In this document: positions 35,651 through 48,771 of the stretch, one piece after another | How positions within the stretch are numbered: position 1 is the stretch's first letter | How the letters are laid out: each line of letters starts with the position of its first letter | Assembly: GCA_965178125.1 (NCBI GenBank) | Contig: OZ237769.1 | Span: 558,001-622,000 of the forward strand | From: Bilabrum cf. latius | Taxonomy: Eukaryota | Direction of reading: 5' to 3' | DNA: 64,000 bases | Notes under the pieces: generated by a model | Told to the model about the DNA's origin: nothing | What the model saw: the letters and a program-made list of their open reading frames with translations, nothing else | Databases searched by the model: none | Made by a program: the position numbers and the translations under genes

Positions 35651-38600
35651 TCACGTTGCGCTGCCACTGCTGGCGGCCCCTCCGTTCTGTCCTGCCGGCT
35701 TCTGCCCCGCTTCTGCCAACACCGCGCCCCCGCCCCTACCCCCGCCCAGTCGGAAACGAGAGAACAAGCTGCGCGCCCCCGCCGCCAGCCGACCCGCCAT
35801 GCCAGGCCGCCCCGCTGGCACGCCCCCTCCAGCAGCAGCAGTAGCAGCAGCGACCCCCCCATCCCCACCCTCATCGCCCGCCCCACCGCTGGACTCCTCA
35901 CTCTCCTTTCGCAGCACCTTTCCCTTCTCCTTCCCGCTGCCACCCACCGCCATCACCCTCCTGGCATGCAGGGCGGCCACAGTCGCAGTCTTGAGATCCA
36001 CGTCCTCGTCCTCGTCCTCGTCCACATCAGCATCCTCGTCACTGCCTCCGTTCTCAGCACCTCTGTCCTGATTGTCATCGTTGCTACCGTCATTTCCCGC
36101 CATGGGACTGCCCTCGTCACACTCCTTATCCCCCTCCCCCTCATCTCCTCCTGCACCCGCACCGTCCCCCGCCCCTGCCCCAGTCCTTGGTCTTGGCCCT
36201 GCCTCCCCCTCCCCTTCCCCCTCACCCTGGCCCTGACCCCCCTGTGCGTGGTCTAGTTCCTCGGGAGCAGAGCACACGGAGGCCGCCGAGGAGGACGACG
36301 AGGAGCCGCCCATGCTGCCCTTCCCCTTCCCCTTCCCCTTCCCCTTCCCCGCCCCAGTGCCCCCGGCTGCCTCCACACTACCCCTCTCCCACACCCCCTC
36401 CATCCCATTTCCCTGCTTGCCCTTCCTTTCCTTGTTCCCCAGCCGCCGCAGCATACCCCTCGTCACCTTGAGGCGACAGGCCCGCCCCGCCAGTGCTCGT
36501 CCATCCCTCGGCAGCCCCCGCCTCACCGCCCCGGGCAGGGCCTGCAGCAGTGTCCCCATGTCGGGGTCACTCAGCAGCAGGGTACCCCTGGCCCCCTTCA
36601 GCAGTGACAGTGTCGTGCGATGCACCCCCTTCCAGCCCTGCTCCATGGCCAGGTCCATGGCGGCCTCCCCCAGCGGGCCAGGGAGGCTTTCCCCACTGGA
36701 GAACAGCGTCATGCAATGGCCGCTGGAGAACATGCCCGCCCCCACCCCCGCCTCCCCAAGGTGTCTCCCCAGGTCAGGGAACAGTCCCTGCACCAGCGAC
36801 TCGCATTCTGCGAAGTACCTCTGCACCCGCGGCAGCCCGCCGCAGTAGCACCCGTGCATTCGCAGGGCACTGCCCCGCACCATGCGCTGCACCAGGCACA
36901 CAGACAGGGCCATGTGACGAGTGCTGGCAGAAGCAGCAGTCGCCTCGTCTTTGCCGTTCTCCGCCGCGAGCACGGCTTCTAGAATCGCGCAAGCCACGTA
37001 GTTGAGACCCTGGCAGTAGGACAGCTGCGCCAGGGCGGAGGCAGGAGGCAGCGACAGGACCATCTCAGATGCACCACCGTGCATTGCACCCTATCCCTCG
37101 GACCCTATCCTCCCACTGCCCCCCTCTCCCTCTCCATCTCCCTCCAGCTCCATCCTCATCCTGGCCTCAAGAGCAGAAGCCGCCAGCCGCTGCACCTGCT
37201 GCAGGCCCCCCCTGAGTGCTCCCTGTGCCTGCCTGACCTGCAAGGGGCTCACATCCAGCTCCAGAGGGACGCTGGCACTGGCTGGGGATGCCGCCGGTTG
37301 CAGCCTATCGCTTGGTTGCGACCGGGGCATGGTCATGCTGACTGCCAGCACCAGCGCACGGACATCCTCGGGGGTGTGCCGCAGGGGCGGGCTCTTTGGC
37401 ACGGGTGGTGGAGGCCGTAAGGCCACACTGCTGGTGTCTCTGGCCCCAATTGATGCGTCTCGCTTTCTTCTTCTTCCGCTATCACCACCGTGTGCTGGCC
37501 CGTCGCAGTCACCCTCTCTATCCAGGCTTTCTTGCTGCTCGTCCTCGTCCTCGTCCTCTTCCTCCTCCTCCCCTTCCTCGATGGCCCCGGCGGTGGGTCC
37601 TCCCAGCCCCCGCTCCATCGTGCACTGCACCTGCAGCACGCCCCGCAGTGCAGTGCACAGCCATTCAGGCAGTGCATCTCGGCTGCGTGCAGCAATGGCA
37701 GCGGGCGAGTCCTCCCCTCGCCCTACCTGACTGCTGCTCCCTGCTGCTGCACCGCTGCCGCTGCTGCTGCTGCTACCGACCTTGCCACCACCATCATCGT
37801 CACTACCTGCAGTACTCTCACTCCCACCTGCAGCACCACCATCGTGCGATGCACCCGAGCCGGCGCTGCCCCCAACCGATGCTCCTCCGCTATCGACGTC
37901 GCCGGCTGCGGCACCGTGGGTCTCCTCCGTTGCACCTTTGGGGGCACTGGACCCGCCAGCACCGCCATGCACTGCACCTTCAATCACATTTGCGATAACC
38001 TCGCCGGGCACCTGTTCCAGGGCGGCCTCCAGCGCCATGTCCTCGATCGCGGTTGCAACCGCATCGCGAGAGGGCTCCGGCCGGGCCCGCGCCTCCACGG
38101 CCTGCACCAGCACAGCGGTGGGCGCCGCCGGGCCTGCACCTGCGATTGTGTCTGCGTCTGCATCTGGATCAATGCCCGACGTGGATCCACTTCCGTCTGA
38201 TGCTGGCACCGGAGAGGCGTCGGCTGGTGCGGCGGCGTCTCCTTGTTCCCTGGGAACTTGTTCCCTGGGAGTGTCCCTCCAACGGAACGTGCGGCGGAGA
38301 TCCGTGTCGATCTGCGAGTGTGACGAGTGCCATGGTGGCCGTACGGGCGGCCCCTCCACCTGCACGTCGGGCAGCCCTGCACCCCTGCACACGGAGGACG
38401 GGGACAGCCCTGCAGGTGGGGGAGAGGACCCGCTCCCAGGCCTTGGCCCCTCTTTTCCTTTGTCCCCTGCCCCTCCCAATCCCTCCTTAGGTCCCTGTAT
38501 CCGCCCCTTGCTTTGTCCCTTTCCTTGTCTCTGCTCTTCCCTCGCCCTGGATGCGTCTGCCTCGGCGAGTCGGAGCAGCTGGTCCAGCGAGCGGCGGGCA

Positions 38601-41488
38601 CCCGAGAGATCCACGCGCCATCGGCCAGATGCAGGTGCATCGCACTGCGGCGATGCACCACCACCTAGATCCTCGCAATACCACTCGTCACACCCCTGCA
38701 GCTGCTGCTTGCCCCTCCCCCTCCTCCTCTACACCCGAGTGGCCCGGTGCAGAGCCCCCCTGGCGCACAGGGCACACCCCACCAGCAGGGCAAGCCCTGT
38801 GCCTCGGTCCATCGAATGCCTCTATCCTGCTGCAGCTGCTCCTGCAGCACTGCTGGACTGACCCATTCCCCGGCCACTGCCACTGCCCTATCCCCCCTCA
38901 TGCCCCTCCCCCTCCCCCTCATGTCCCTCCCCCTCCCCCTCTCCCCCGTCAACCAGCGCACACACCTCCAGGGCCGCCCGTGCTTCCACTGACAGGCCCT
39001 CCCAACTCGCAGCACCTGCAGATCTTGCCAACCCAAGCCCAAGCCCAAGCCCGAGCCCGAGCCCGAGCACCAAACGAGCCGTGGCACGACACACAGCGGC
39101 CTGGGCAGGCGGCAGCAGGCAAGGCACGCCATCCGGGCCGGGAGCCACACACATGGGCCGCGGCAGGAGCGACGCATCGACCGCGTCCCCGGTACCGCAC
39201 TCGTCACACCACGCAAGCAGCCCTGCGTGCACCCTTGCCGCCGCCAGCGCGATGGTCGCATCCGCCACGGCCCCCGCCGCCCTGGCCCTGGCCCTGGCGT
39301 GCGCGGCCTCCTGCCCCAGCATGCGCACCTTCCTGGCCACGTCCTCCTCGGCCACCGCCAGCAGGCCCCACTGTTCCCTCTCGTCCTCGCTGAGGGAAGA
39401 GGCGTGTGCGGGGGGAGACACGGACTGCAGGAGACCGGGGGAGGGAGGCACGGGGGGGGACAGGGGGCCTCGGAGGGGGGAGGGAGGCGCCTTGACGGCG
39501 GGGACACCCTCCTCCTCGGTTGTTCCCTGGGAGTGGTGGTCCTCTTCCGTGCCCTGGGCGGACTGCTCCACACCAACGGGCCCGCTGCCTTCACCTGCAG
39601 GAGGATCCAGCGCCTGAGGGATGGGGGCAGCTGCCGTGTTCCCTGCCATCAGAGTGCCAATGCTGCTGCTGCTGCTGCTATCGTCCTATGCTTTGTGCGG
39701 CTTGATAAACTGGGAGAGCTGCAACCGAGTGTGACGAGTGGGTGTCGTAGCTACCGCGGTGCCTCCAGCAGAGGTCGCACGGCTGCCCTAGTCCTAGGCG
39801 TTCTTGCTGCCTGCAGCCTCTGCATTGCCGGATCCTGCAGCTGGACGACTTGTGACTTCGGGCGCCGCCTGTGTGCCTCCATCTGAGCCTGCTCGCCCAT
39901 CCTCGTCCTGATGCTCACTGCTGCCACTGCTTGCCTTGCCTTCAATGCTCGCGCCTTGTTCTTCCTCACTGGCACCTTGCTCCTCTTCCTCATCCTCCTC
40001 CTCCTGATCATCATCATCATCGTCATCATCGTCATCACCACGCCCCGATGCACCCCCCGCCCCCGGCTATCCCCCCCCCTTCAGCTCTTCGTTGGTCCTC
40101 TCGATGGCCCCCCTCAGCAGCGCCTCCCTGCGCCCCCTCAGCTTCAGCACAGCCGCACGGGCCTCCTCCAGCATGTCTGCGGGGACCTGCACTGCCTCGC
40201 AGCACGACGCGGCGTGCAGCAGTGCAGTGCACCAGCCGGGCAACACCCACGCTGCGCCTGGCACCCTGACCGGACCAGTATCCTCCACCCCACCTTGTGC
40301 TCCGGCGCTGGCCGGCCCTAGAGCTCCCCACGCACTCGTCACACCAGTACCGCCGCACGCTCCCAGCAGAGCAAGCCTCCTCACTTCTCCACTGCCCCTC
40401 GCACCCCCACGGGGGGCCATCCGCGCGCCGTCATTCCGCCCCGATGATGCACCAGTGACACTCCGGCTGGCGGCTCTCCCGCTCGCCGCTGCAGCCACGT
40501 CACTCAGCAGCCAGTGCATCCACGCCGCCATGCGATGCACCCTAGGAACACTCATCACACGCCTACTAGCTCCTGTCCTGTTCTTGCTCTCTGCTGCTGT
40601 GACAAGCAGCCCGCCCCTTGCCCATCCTCCCCACACGCGCTTCGATACCCACCCCTGGCGACCGAGCCAGCCCCGTGCACCACCGTGCAGTGCACCCGCA
40701 GGCTGCTCCCGCCCGCAGCAGGCCCAGTACCACGCACGACATGCAACCCGTGCTGCCCCCACTCCCTGTTCCCTGGGGCCCAGCCGCCCCAGCACCAGTT
40801 CCAGCACCTGCCGCAGCGCCCTCTGCCCCACCCCCACCCCTACCCGCACACTCACCCGCACAGCTCCGGGCCCGGGCCCGGAACTCGACTCGCAGTCAGC
40901 TGCCGCCCACGGCGCGGCGGGCTACCACGGATTACGATCAGCCTCGCGCAGCTCCGAGTCGCCAATGGTCCGCATGAGCGCCCCCCTCCGGCAGGCCCGC
41001 CGCAGCACGGCCCTGGCCCCGCCCCACCGCCGCCCGAAGCCGGCCCTGGCCAGCGAGTCCTCCCGCTTGGCCATCGCGGAGGTGCCGTCCTCGTCCAGTC
41101 TCGCGGTCAGTCGAGATCCGTAGGAAGAAGGTTCGTCGAAAGAGAATCCCCTGCCGCCGAAGCTGCTCGCCATGCTAGAAGCAGGGCTGTCGGACCGGCC
41201 CAAACCGGCAAGCTTCGATTGCCAGGCCGGCTTTGGAGTCAACGGCGATTGTGGGCTGGAACCGCCGTCTGCTGGGTTTGATATGAATTGTTTTACCCAG
41301 CCGGGCAACCTATCGAGCTCTTTCAGTCTTCGCTAAGCGCTGCGCAGCCTCGCACTCGTATTTGCCATTTCCGCCTCGGCACGGTGAGCTCGCTGCGCTT
41401 GCTCTTCGTGGTCCGTCCGGGCTTTCGCTAGCTGCATCTTCGATATGATAAGCTCCTCCTGGAGCTCATCTGACGTTAGGTCAGCCAT
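35651..41488 (-). CDS. TBC-domain Rab GTPase-activating protein with N-terminal coiled coil and F-box-like motif (1945 aa); 10 in-frame TAG
   Basis: Arginine finger SQIDTDLRRTF, glutamine finger SYCQGLNYVA, FPDLGRHL...MFSSGHCMTLFS...QGWKGVHRTTLSLL. TAG at 41333, 40922, 40067, 39794, 39788, 39686, 38888, 38822, 38729 and 37091. TGA stop. Confidence 0.85.
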
Positions 41489-41661
41489 CCTTTGGTGTGA
41501 TTCGGCATGTGGTCCGGCTCGACACCACCTTCGTCACATCTGCCAGTGGAGCGTGCATGCCAGTGGATTGCAACACTCGGTCGTTCGAGCCGAATGAGAT
41601 TTGTGGATGCAGACTAGCCCTAAGTGCGAAACGCTGTAGAACGGCGATCGGATCTTGTCGC

Positions 41662-44409
41662 ATGCAAGGCGGACTGGCTGGGCCATCCGAGACTTCGAGC
41701 CGACTGCAAGCTGCCTTGAACATCCTTCGATCCATATTGCGCGATGATGACGCGTTTGAGTCTACAATTATAAAGGATGGAGGCAGACCATTCTCGGTCG
41801 CGGGCGCAAACAAGCTGCTGCTGTCCCTGTCCGAGCCCGGACCTGGCCCACCGGGGACCGATCGGCCTTAGCTGCCACACATGTCGTTAGGCGGCCCATT
41901 TGCTCAAGAAGCTAGCGCAGGAGCCATTCGGCTCATTGCAGCATCCTTCAATCCTCTGGAGGCCCGCCATGGCAAGCGAGCATCTCGCCTCGCCACCCGG
42001 GCACTTGCTTGCCTGCTCGAGGCCGGCCTCCTTGGTGGGGCCAGCGACAAGCGTTCACAACAATACGCCTACCGGACCAGATCATCAGCTGGTTCTCTCG
42101 CGGGCTGGCCCGCTCTAGACCGGGGCGGGGCCTTGGCCCAGCGCTGCCTGCAGCAAGCTGCTCTGGGACCGACACCTGCGGCCGGCTCGTCTGCTGGAGC
42201 AGGGGTGCATCCCATTGCAGTACGCGCATCGTTTCGAGACAGTGGGGCGCTGCTTGGGGTTGCCCTCGGTCGGATCCAGGACTCGCTGTGGGGAGGCCGA
42301 TCGGGCGCGCGAGGGGCAGGGGAGGGCGGGCGGGGCTGGGCGAGGGGCCTGGCGCTGGAGGTGCTCCGCGGGTTTTTGGCGTGTGTGGATGCTGCCCCCG
42401 CGGAGGGGGGGCCGCCTAGGTGTGTGATGAGTGTGGTGGGGGTGGGGCCCGGGGTGGGCCCGCTGCTGGCAGAGGGTGCGCCCCTGCGTGAGCTGTGGAG
42501 GGATGAGGAGTGGGAGAGGGAGGAGGACCTGCAAGAGGAGCAAGAGGATGATGATGAACGTGAGGAGGAGGAGGAGGAAGAGGAGGAGGCAGTGGTGGAC
42601 CTTGATACTTTCCTATCGGGCAGTAAAGGCCAGACAAAACTTGAAGCGAAAGGGATAGCAGCAGCAGCGGCCGCAAGCCAGCAAAGGAAGATCAAGCATG
42701 GCAATGATGAAGAGGGCGATGCAGGTGCACTGCGCGGTGGCTCATATGACGCCGACTCAGCGCTGGCAAGCGCATTAGCTGGCGATTGGAACGACGACGA
42801 TGCCGGGGGTGAACATGGAGATGCTGCAGCGGGCAGCGGCACAGCACCTCGCCGCCCGCCCCTGCCTCCTCTCTGGGCCACCAGGCCGGCGTGTTCCCTG
42901 GAGCGGAGAGTGGTGGTCCTTGACACCCCTCCGCCCATCGTGTCGCCCCCCTGGGACTCAAGGGTCAGGCGCCAAGCGGGGTGGGCCCGGGTGCGGGTGT
43001 CCCCATGTGGGGGGTGGGCCATGGGGCCTTGCAGGGTGCTGGCGGTGCGGGAGTCGATCGATCTCGTGGAGGCGGTGCGGGGGCAGCTGGGCGAGGCGCG
43101 GCTGGCGGTGGATGTGGATCCAGGGAGCAAGGGGGCGCTGCACGGCGGTGCGTGGTCGGGGGTGGTTCGTGAGCGCGCACAGGCAGTTGCGGATCGCCTG
43201 GAGTGTGCGCTGGTGGAGAGGGTGGCGGGGGCGGTGCTGCGGTGCCTGGGGAGGGGTGCCCAGGGGAAATCCCCTGCGGATGAAGGGGGGGGCGCGTCGG
43301 GTTCCAAGGCTGCGCCAGCCCCCACCTCTAGTGGCATGGGTATAGGCAGGGGGAGGGGCGGCTTGCTTCTGGTGCAGAAGCGGTGCTCCCCCCTTGTGGC
43401 CAGGGCACTCGCCTCCAGGGGGGTGTTGGTGCTGCCCCGGCTGTCGGCGAGGTTCTTCGGGGCCGCGTGCAGTGCATGCGGGTGTGTGCCGCACGAGGAC
43501 TGGAGGGGGCTCGTTGCTGCTGCAGGTAGTGCGGGCGCAGGCGAGAGTGGGTTGGGCGACGATGGGGCAGCGAACGGGTCGGACACGGGGGCGGATGCGA
43601 CCGCGGGATGGCTGCAATGCATTGCAGTGCGCGCCCCCGGACTGCCTGGAGACGTATCAGTGGGAGAGGGGCGTGCGGTGGCTTCGGCGGGGCGCTGGAC
43701 AGCCGTACTGCGGGGGGGTATTCCGCAGGGGAATTCCCCTGGTCCTGTTGGGGGCATGCTAGGCCCCCGCAGGGCCTCCCTTCTTGTCCAGGGGTCCACG
43801 GAGAGCTCCACCGGGGGAGCGGTGCGTGCGGCGGAAGAGGGGCGGGCGGGGCTCCTGGGGCTGCTCGTGCGGCCGCAGTGCATTGCTGTGCCTGCCTGCG
43901 TGACGAGTGCGGGATGCGTGGGCGAGTGGGAGGCAGCGTGCTGCCTACTGGGCGCCGCGGCGCTGGTTCCGCTGTGGAGGGGGCTCCGGGGCCAGGGAAG
44001 AGGCCCCGAGGCAGCGGCTGTGTACTCCCTCGCCAAATCCATGGGAGCGGGTGCATTGCATGGCAGTGACGCAGGGGGCGATCGCCCATTGGAGGCACGG
44101 GCGGCCTGGGAGGATGCAAGGGGCAGGTGCCTGGTGGCGAGGAGGGCCTGGGAGCGAGCTCTGGAGGCCGGTGGGGCCGCTTGCAGCGGGTGCATGGGGC
44201 CGGAGGGGGGTGGTGACGGGGCGGAGGGGAGAGGGGAGGGTGCTGCGGATGCGAGTGCGGATGCGGAGCCGACCGGGTCGGTTCCGTGTGACGAGTGCGT
44301 CCGCGCGGGAGTGTCTCTGGTGCCGGTGCATGCCGTGCTGCAAGCCGTGGGCTCTGCTTGTTCCCTGGCGAGCGTGCTGTGCCGGGTGGATGGGGAGGAG
44401 GTAGGCTGA
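41662..44409 (+). CDS. Chaperonin-like BBS protein (MKKS/BBS6-like), divergent; 1 in-frame TAG
   Basis: LLLVQKRCSPLVARALASRGVLVLPRLSARFFGAACSACGCVP resembles the MKKS apical domain. The C-terminal AVGSACSLASVLCRVD resembles the chaperonin end. TAG 41869-41871 joins the upstream ORF. TGA stop. An alternative ATG lies at 41557. Confidence 0.62.
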
Positions 44410-44679
44410 CCCACCCACTACTTGGTGCAATGGAACTAAACGAAAGGTGTATATACTATCCGTGTACTGGATGCCTGCACCGCACAATCAAGCCATCTTG
44501 TTGAGTCCCTGCACGGCCGGTTGCAAGGCGTGGAGGGGGCTGCCATGGAGGCCAAACCGAGCACAATCACCCGATGTGGCACCACCATGACGCTCGCCCT
44601 CTCGCAAATTAGAATGAACGTTCTCGAGACACCGGCCAACGGGCACTCAATCCAACCCCAACCCGCAGATCACCCGCCA

Positions 44680-45656
44680 TCAGTCGTCAAAGTGCACCAG
44701 CAAATCCTCGTCCTATACGCCGCCGCCCCCCTCGCCGCCGCCCTCCCCCGCGTGTACTGCCCTGACCCCTGCCTGCACCAGCCTCTCATGCGCCTGCCTC
44801 GTCCTCGCGTCCCTATCCGAGGCCTGCTGGGCGGCCCTCCTGTCCCCGTCCCCGCCCCACCGCAGCGCCACATCCAGCAGCTCAAGGCTCTCGGCCGCGC
44901 CTGGCACCTACACACGCCTGCCCCTGGGCCCCGGCGCCCCCGGCGGTGCCCTTGCAACGGCCTGCACCAGCGCCCTGGCCACGTCCTCCTGAGGGTCTTC
45001 CAGCTGCGAGTCCACGGCCCGCTCCGTGACGTCCACCAAGTCGTCCCCCAGACCCTCCACCAGCGCCTCCAGGCGGTGGGCCTCGGCGTCAGAGGGAGAC
45101 GGAGCCGGGGGCTCTTCGTTCGCATTAGCTACGCTGCCCTAATTCCCGGTCCCTTGCGAGCTTGCAGCTTCCTCCCGATGACTGGCGGGGGCACCTGCAC
45201 TGCTGCCTCTTTGCAATGTGCCTTCCTCGGCTGCTTGCAGACTATCCCGGTCTTTTCGACCACCTCGACTTTGCGATTGCTACTTTGGATCCTATGCAAC
45301 GTGAACGGCGCTCGGCGGTGCCTAGTACGAATCTTGAGGAAGCCTGGAAGCGCCCGCACCGTTCGAGCCAACTCCGTTTTGTCGGTCCGGCAGCTACGAA
45401 TACCCTCCGTTTCGCTTTACCTCTTTCTGGTCCTCCGCTGCGACACAATAAACATCATTAACATATTTTGCGGAGATTTTTTTCCCAAAGATCGCACATC
45501 AGCAGGATGGATACCAGGATACACTATCGGTGAGGCAACTGGGATGCCAATAAACAAACTGGCGGACAAAGGTGCAATACAGCCGCCATACGACCCAATG
45601 ACATTACAAATAAACAGTTCCTTACGGTCATCACAGCACGAACACAAGCCTCCCAT
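44680..45656 (-). CDS. LAMTOR1/p18-like lipid-anchored Ragulator scaffold candidate (262 aa); exons 45626-45656 and 44680-45437; 7 in-frame TAG
   Basis: MGGLCSCCDD myristoyl/palmitoyl-type N-terminus. GT-AG intron 45438-45625 in phase. EAHRLEALVEGLGDDLVDVT and terminal DEDLLVHF resemble LAMTOR1 motifs. TAG at 45394, 45322, 45292, 45280, 45139, 44908 and 44713. TGA stop. Confidence 0.65.
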
Positions 45657-45934
45657 CTGATCAGGACTGATTTAAGTTTCGCTTTGCCGAGTCTGGAAGA
45701 ACACTGTACAACCCAGCGATAAATCGGATTTCGAAGCGAGCCCGGCAAAACGCCCATGCATGGACAGCATCGAGGATGGCTGAGACAGCGCAGCCCGTGC
45801 AACATGCATTGCAATTCAACCGGGGAGCGGGCGAGCACCGATGGCAGCCCTGGCCTCGATCTCGAAAAGACTACCGGTCAAGGACCTGGATTGATTGCCC
45901 TAGACTAGGGCCAACCAGCCTAGATCTGATCTAA

Positions 45935-48655
45935 TCAGCGGGACCGGCTGCCTGCCTTGGCCTTGCCCCTCTTGCCCTTGCCACTGGCTTTACCGCCCTT
46001 GCCCTTCTTGCCAGGGGCGGCCTCCTCTGCGGCGCCCCTCCCCTCCTCCCCCTCGTCCTCCCCCTCGTCCTTCTCCTGCTCTTGCTCTTGCATGCCCGCC
46101 CCTCCCTCCGTGGCCTCCTCCCCCTGCACCTCGGTGGTGACCCGCCGGATCTCCCAGTAGAAGAGCCCCAGCAACGAGGCGAAGAACCAAGCCGTGCACA
46201 CCCACCACAGCAGGAACGACAGCGCGCTCCGCAGAACCAGAGGGCTCATCAGCCCGCCCTCATCCTTGCCCAGCCCCTGGCCCTGGCCCTCCACCGCCCC
46301 CTCTCCCCCCACCGCTGCTGCGCTCTCTTCATCCTCCTCTAGCCCCAGCATGTAGGCAGGCACGCCCCTGGCCCAGTCCATGGCGTCCATCAGGAACGAC
46401 TGCTTGCCCCCCGCGGGCACCTCCCCGAATCCCCTCAGGGGACCCCTCCACCCCATCCCATCCTGACCCCACAGCGGGGACGCACCACCCCCCGAACCAT
46501 CTGCGCCCTCGCTCACAGAGCACAGCCTGGTATCCCCCAGCACACCCAGCCTGTCCACCCACCTACAGGCCCCCAGCACCAGGCCATTGGCCCAGCCCCC
46601 GGGCAGCAGAGGCACCCGCCCGTGCCGCGCCAGCATCAGCCCCAGCGCCAGCACCAGCGCCCCCGCCGCCACGTGCTGCAGGGCCAGCACCGCCAGGGTC
46701 AGCCGCTGCCTCACGGAGGCCAGGTTGCACGCGTTGTACACCCGGTCGAAGGAGGGGGGCCTGGGGGCCGCGGCGGTCACCCACAGAGAGTCTCGGATCT
46801 CACGGCGGGCCAGGATGAGGTGGTGCATCGCATGCACGCGCACAGTCACCAGGTGCGCGATGCCCCACGCGATGGCCGCCCACACGCGCAGGGCCAGCCA
46901 CTGCGACTCTGTGAGGAAGACCCTGGACCTGTCCCACGTCCATGGGGACAGCCAGCCGACGGCTGCGTCCGCGACGCTGGCGTACTCGGGTGCGGGGGTG
47001 CGCTGCAATGCGGTGCAGTCCCTGGCCAGCGACTGCGCATCGCACTTGACCAGGTCGGGCGCCAGCACCAGGTCGCCAATCACGGGCTTGATCCACGCGA
47101 GGGCCAGGAAGAGGGGCACGAAGAAGAGCACCATGAGGCACACGCGGCGCCACTGGGGGAGGGCCTCCTTGTCAGGGCCACGGGTGGCTGCAAAATACGT
47201 GCGGGCGCTCCACACGGCGGGCCGGAACAGCAGCGCCGCCACCATGGCGGCGACGAAGGCGGCAAACAGCCTGACGCCAGCAGCTGCAGCCATGTCCGAC
47301 AAGGACCCATCGCCCGGCGCATCCTCCCTGCCCCCCTCCTCCCCCACAGCCGCCCCCGGGACGATATCCAGGCCCCCTTCTGCCCCCGCCCAGTCCCCTG
47401 CCCCGCCATCCCCCTCCTGCTCCTCCTCGTCCCAGTCCCCGTCCAGGTCCAGGTCCCCGAACAGCCCGCCCCCCTCGGAGCCCTCCCCCTGCCCACCCCC
47501 CTGGGCAAGCACCTCGGTCTGGTTGACCCCCGGCAGTGGACCTTCCCCCCCACTGGCATCTCCATCGGCTGCACCTATTTCACCGACGACTTCCCCCTCC
47601 TCGCCCGCACCATCCCCCGAGCCCCACTCCGATGCAGAGGATCCTGCCCCTGCCCCTGCCCCTGCCCCTGCCCCTGCCCCTGCCCCTGCCCCACTGGTGC
47701 CCAGCGCCACTGCCGTCCGCAGTACCATCAGCTCGGCCCTGCCCTTGGCCTCCACCACCGCCTGCACCAGCCTGAAGTCAGCCACCCGGTCCGGCAGAGA
47801 CACGGCCCCCAGCGCCAGCAACAGCCCCAGCAGCCCGTACCCCAGTGCCAGCAGCGCCTCTGTGTTGAAGACTCCCGCGATCGAGTAGGGCAGCCCCTGG
47901 CTGACGAGACTGGCGAAGGCCACCACGGCCAGCACCACAGCGGAGAAGTCTCCCCTCTCTCCGTCACGCACCCACGCCCACAGCTCAGCAAAGGCAGTCA
48001 CGGCCGCGGCCCCCGCCAGGAGGTTCACGAAGAGCTGCAGGACCTGGAAGAGGTACATGCGGTCCCACTGGGTCGTGCGCTGGATGTTGTGAGACAGCGT
48101 GGCAACGGATGCCTCCGTGCTTCCGGGGGCGGCAAACACGCCCGCCTGAGTAGTCGCCGTCCAGTAGTCTGTGAGGCGGTCGAGTACCCGGCCGACGTGC
48201 TGCCGCTCTTTCGGGCCTGCGATGGCAGTCGGGGCCGCGGGGGGCTTCTTCGGCTGCTTCTTGCCTTTCTTTCCTTTCTTTCCACTGCTGCTCGACGTCG
48301 GCTTGTCCGGGACGGCTTCCTCGCCAAACTGCGATGAGCAACTGGGAATGGGCACGCCAACGGGCCGGAGCACATGCAGCTGTAATTGCGGCGCTGTGGC
48401 CTCGCGAGAGCTTCAAATCGCCCATAGTTTAAGAAATAGGTGGGAGATTATTGTATGACCTTTTTAACGTGCACCACTCACCAACACCTTGCGCTGCAGC
48501 AGCACAATTTCCTCCATATTATCTTTCGGTGCAGCTGCCCAGTACTTCAAGCCAGCCAGCATGTGCATCGCAAACGATCGAAATCGGAACACTCGCGACG
48601 CAATCATAAGAACTACAACAAACACTAAGAATTCAGGCGAGATGGCAAGCGCCAT
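45935..48655 (-). CDS. TMEM161-family multi-pass membrane protein; intron 48380-48481
   Basis: SFAMHMLAGLKYW, FVPLFLALAWIKP, LALQHVA and LRSALSFLLWWVCTAWFFASLLGLFY match TMEM161 motifs. TGA stop, no internal TAG. Confidence 0.8.
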
Positions 48656-48771
48656 GGCTCTATAATCACCGAAAAATGATTCCTTTGGCGTCCACGTTTT
48701 TGTAACGTGCTGATTGCTCCCTCTCTTCATCATCTTTGGACGTGGACCTAGTATAACCTACCAGGGCTGCA

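Noticed and set aside
42069-44414. Long antisense or alternate-frame ORFs (e.g. 42069-44414 minus, 44521-45660 plus, 46622-48337 plus, 27859-29502 plus)
   Set aside because: Shadow ORFs of very GC-rich genes, Pro/Arg/Ala-rich with no recognisable motifs.
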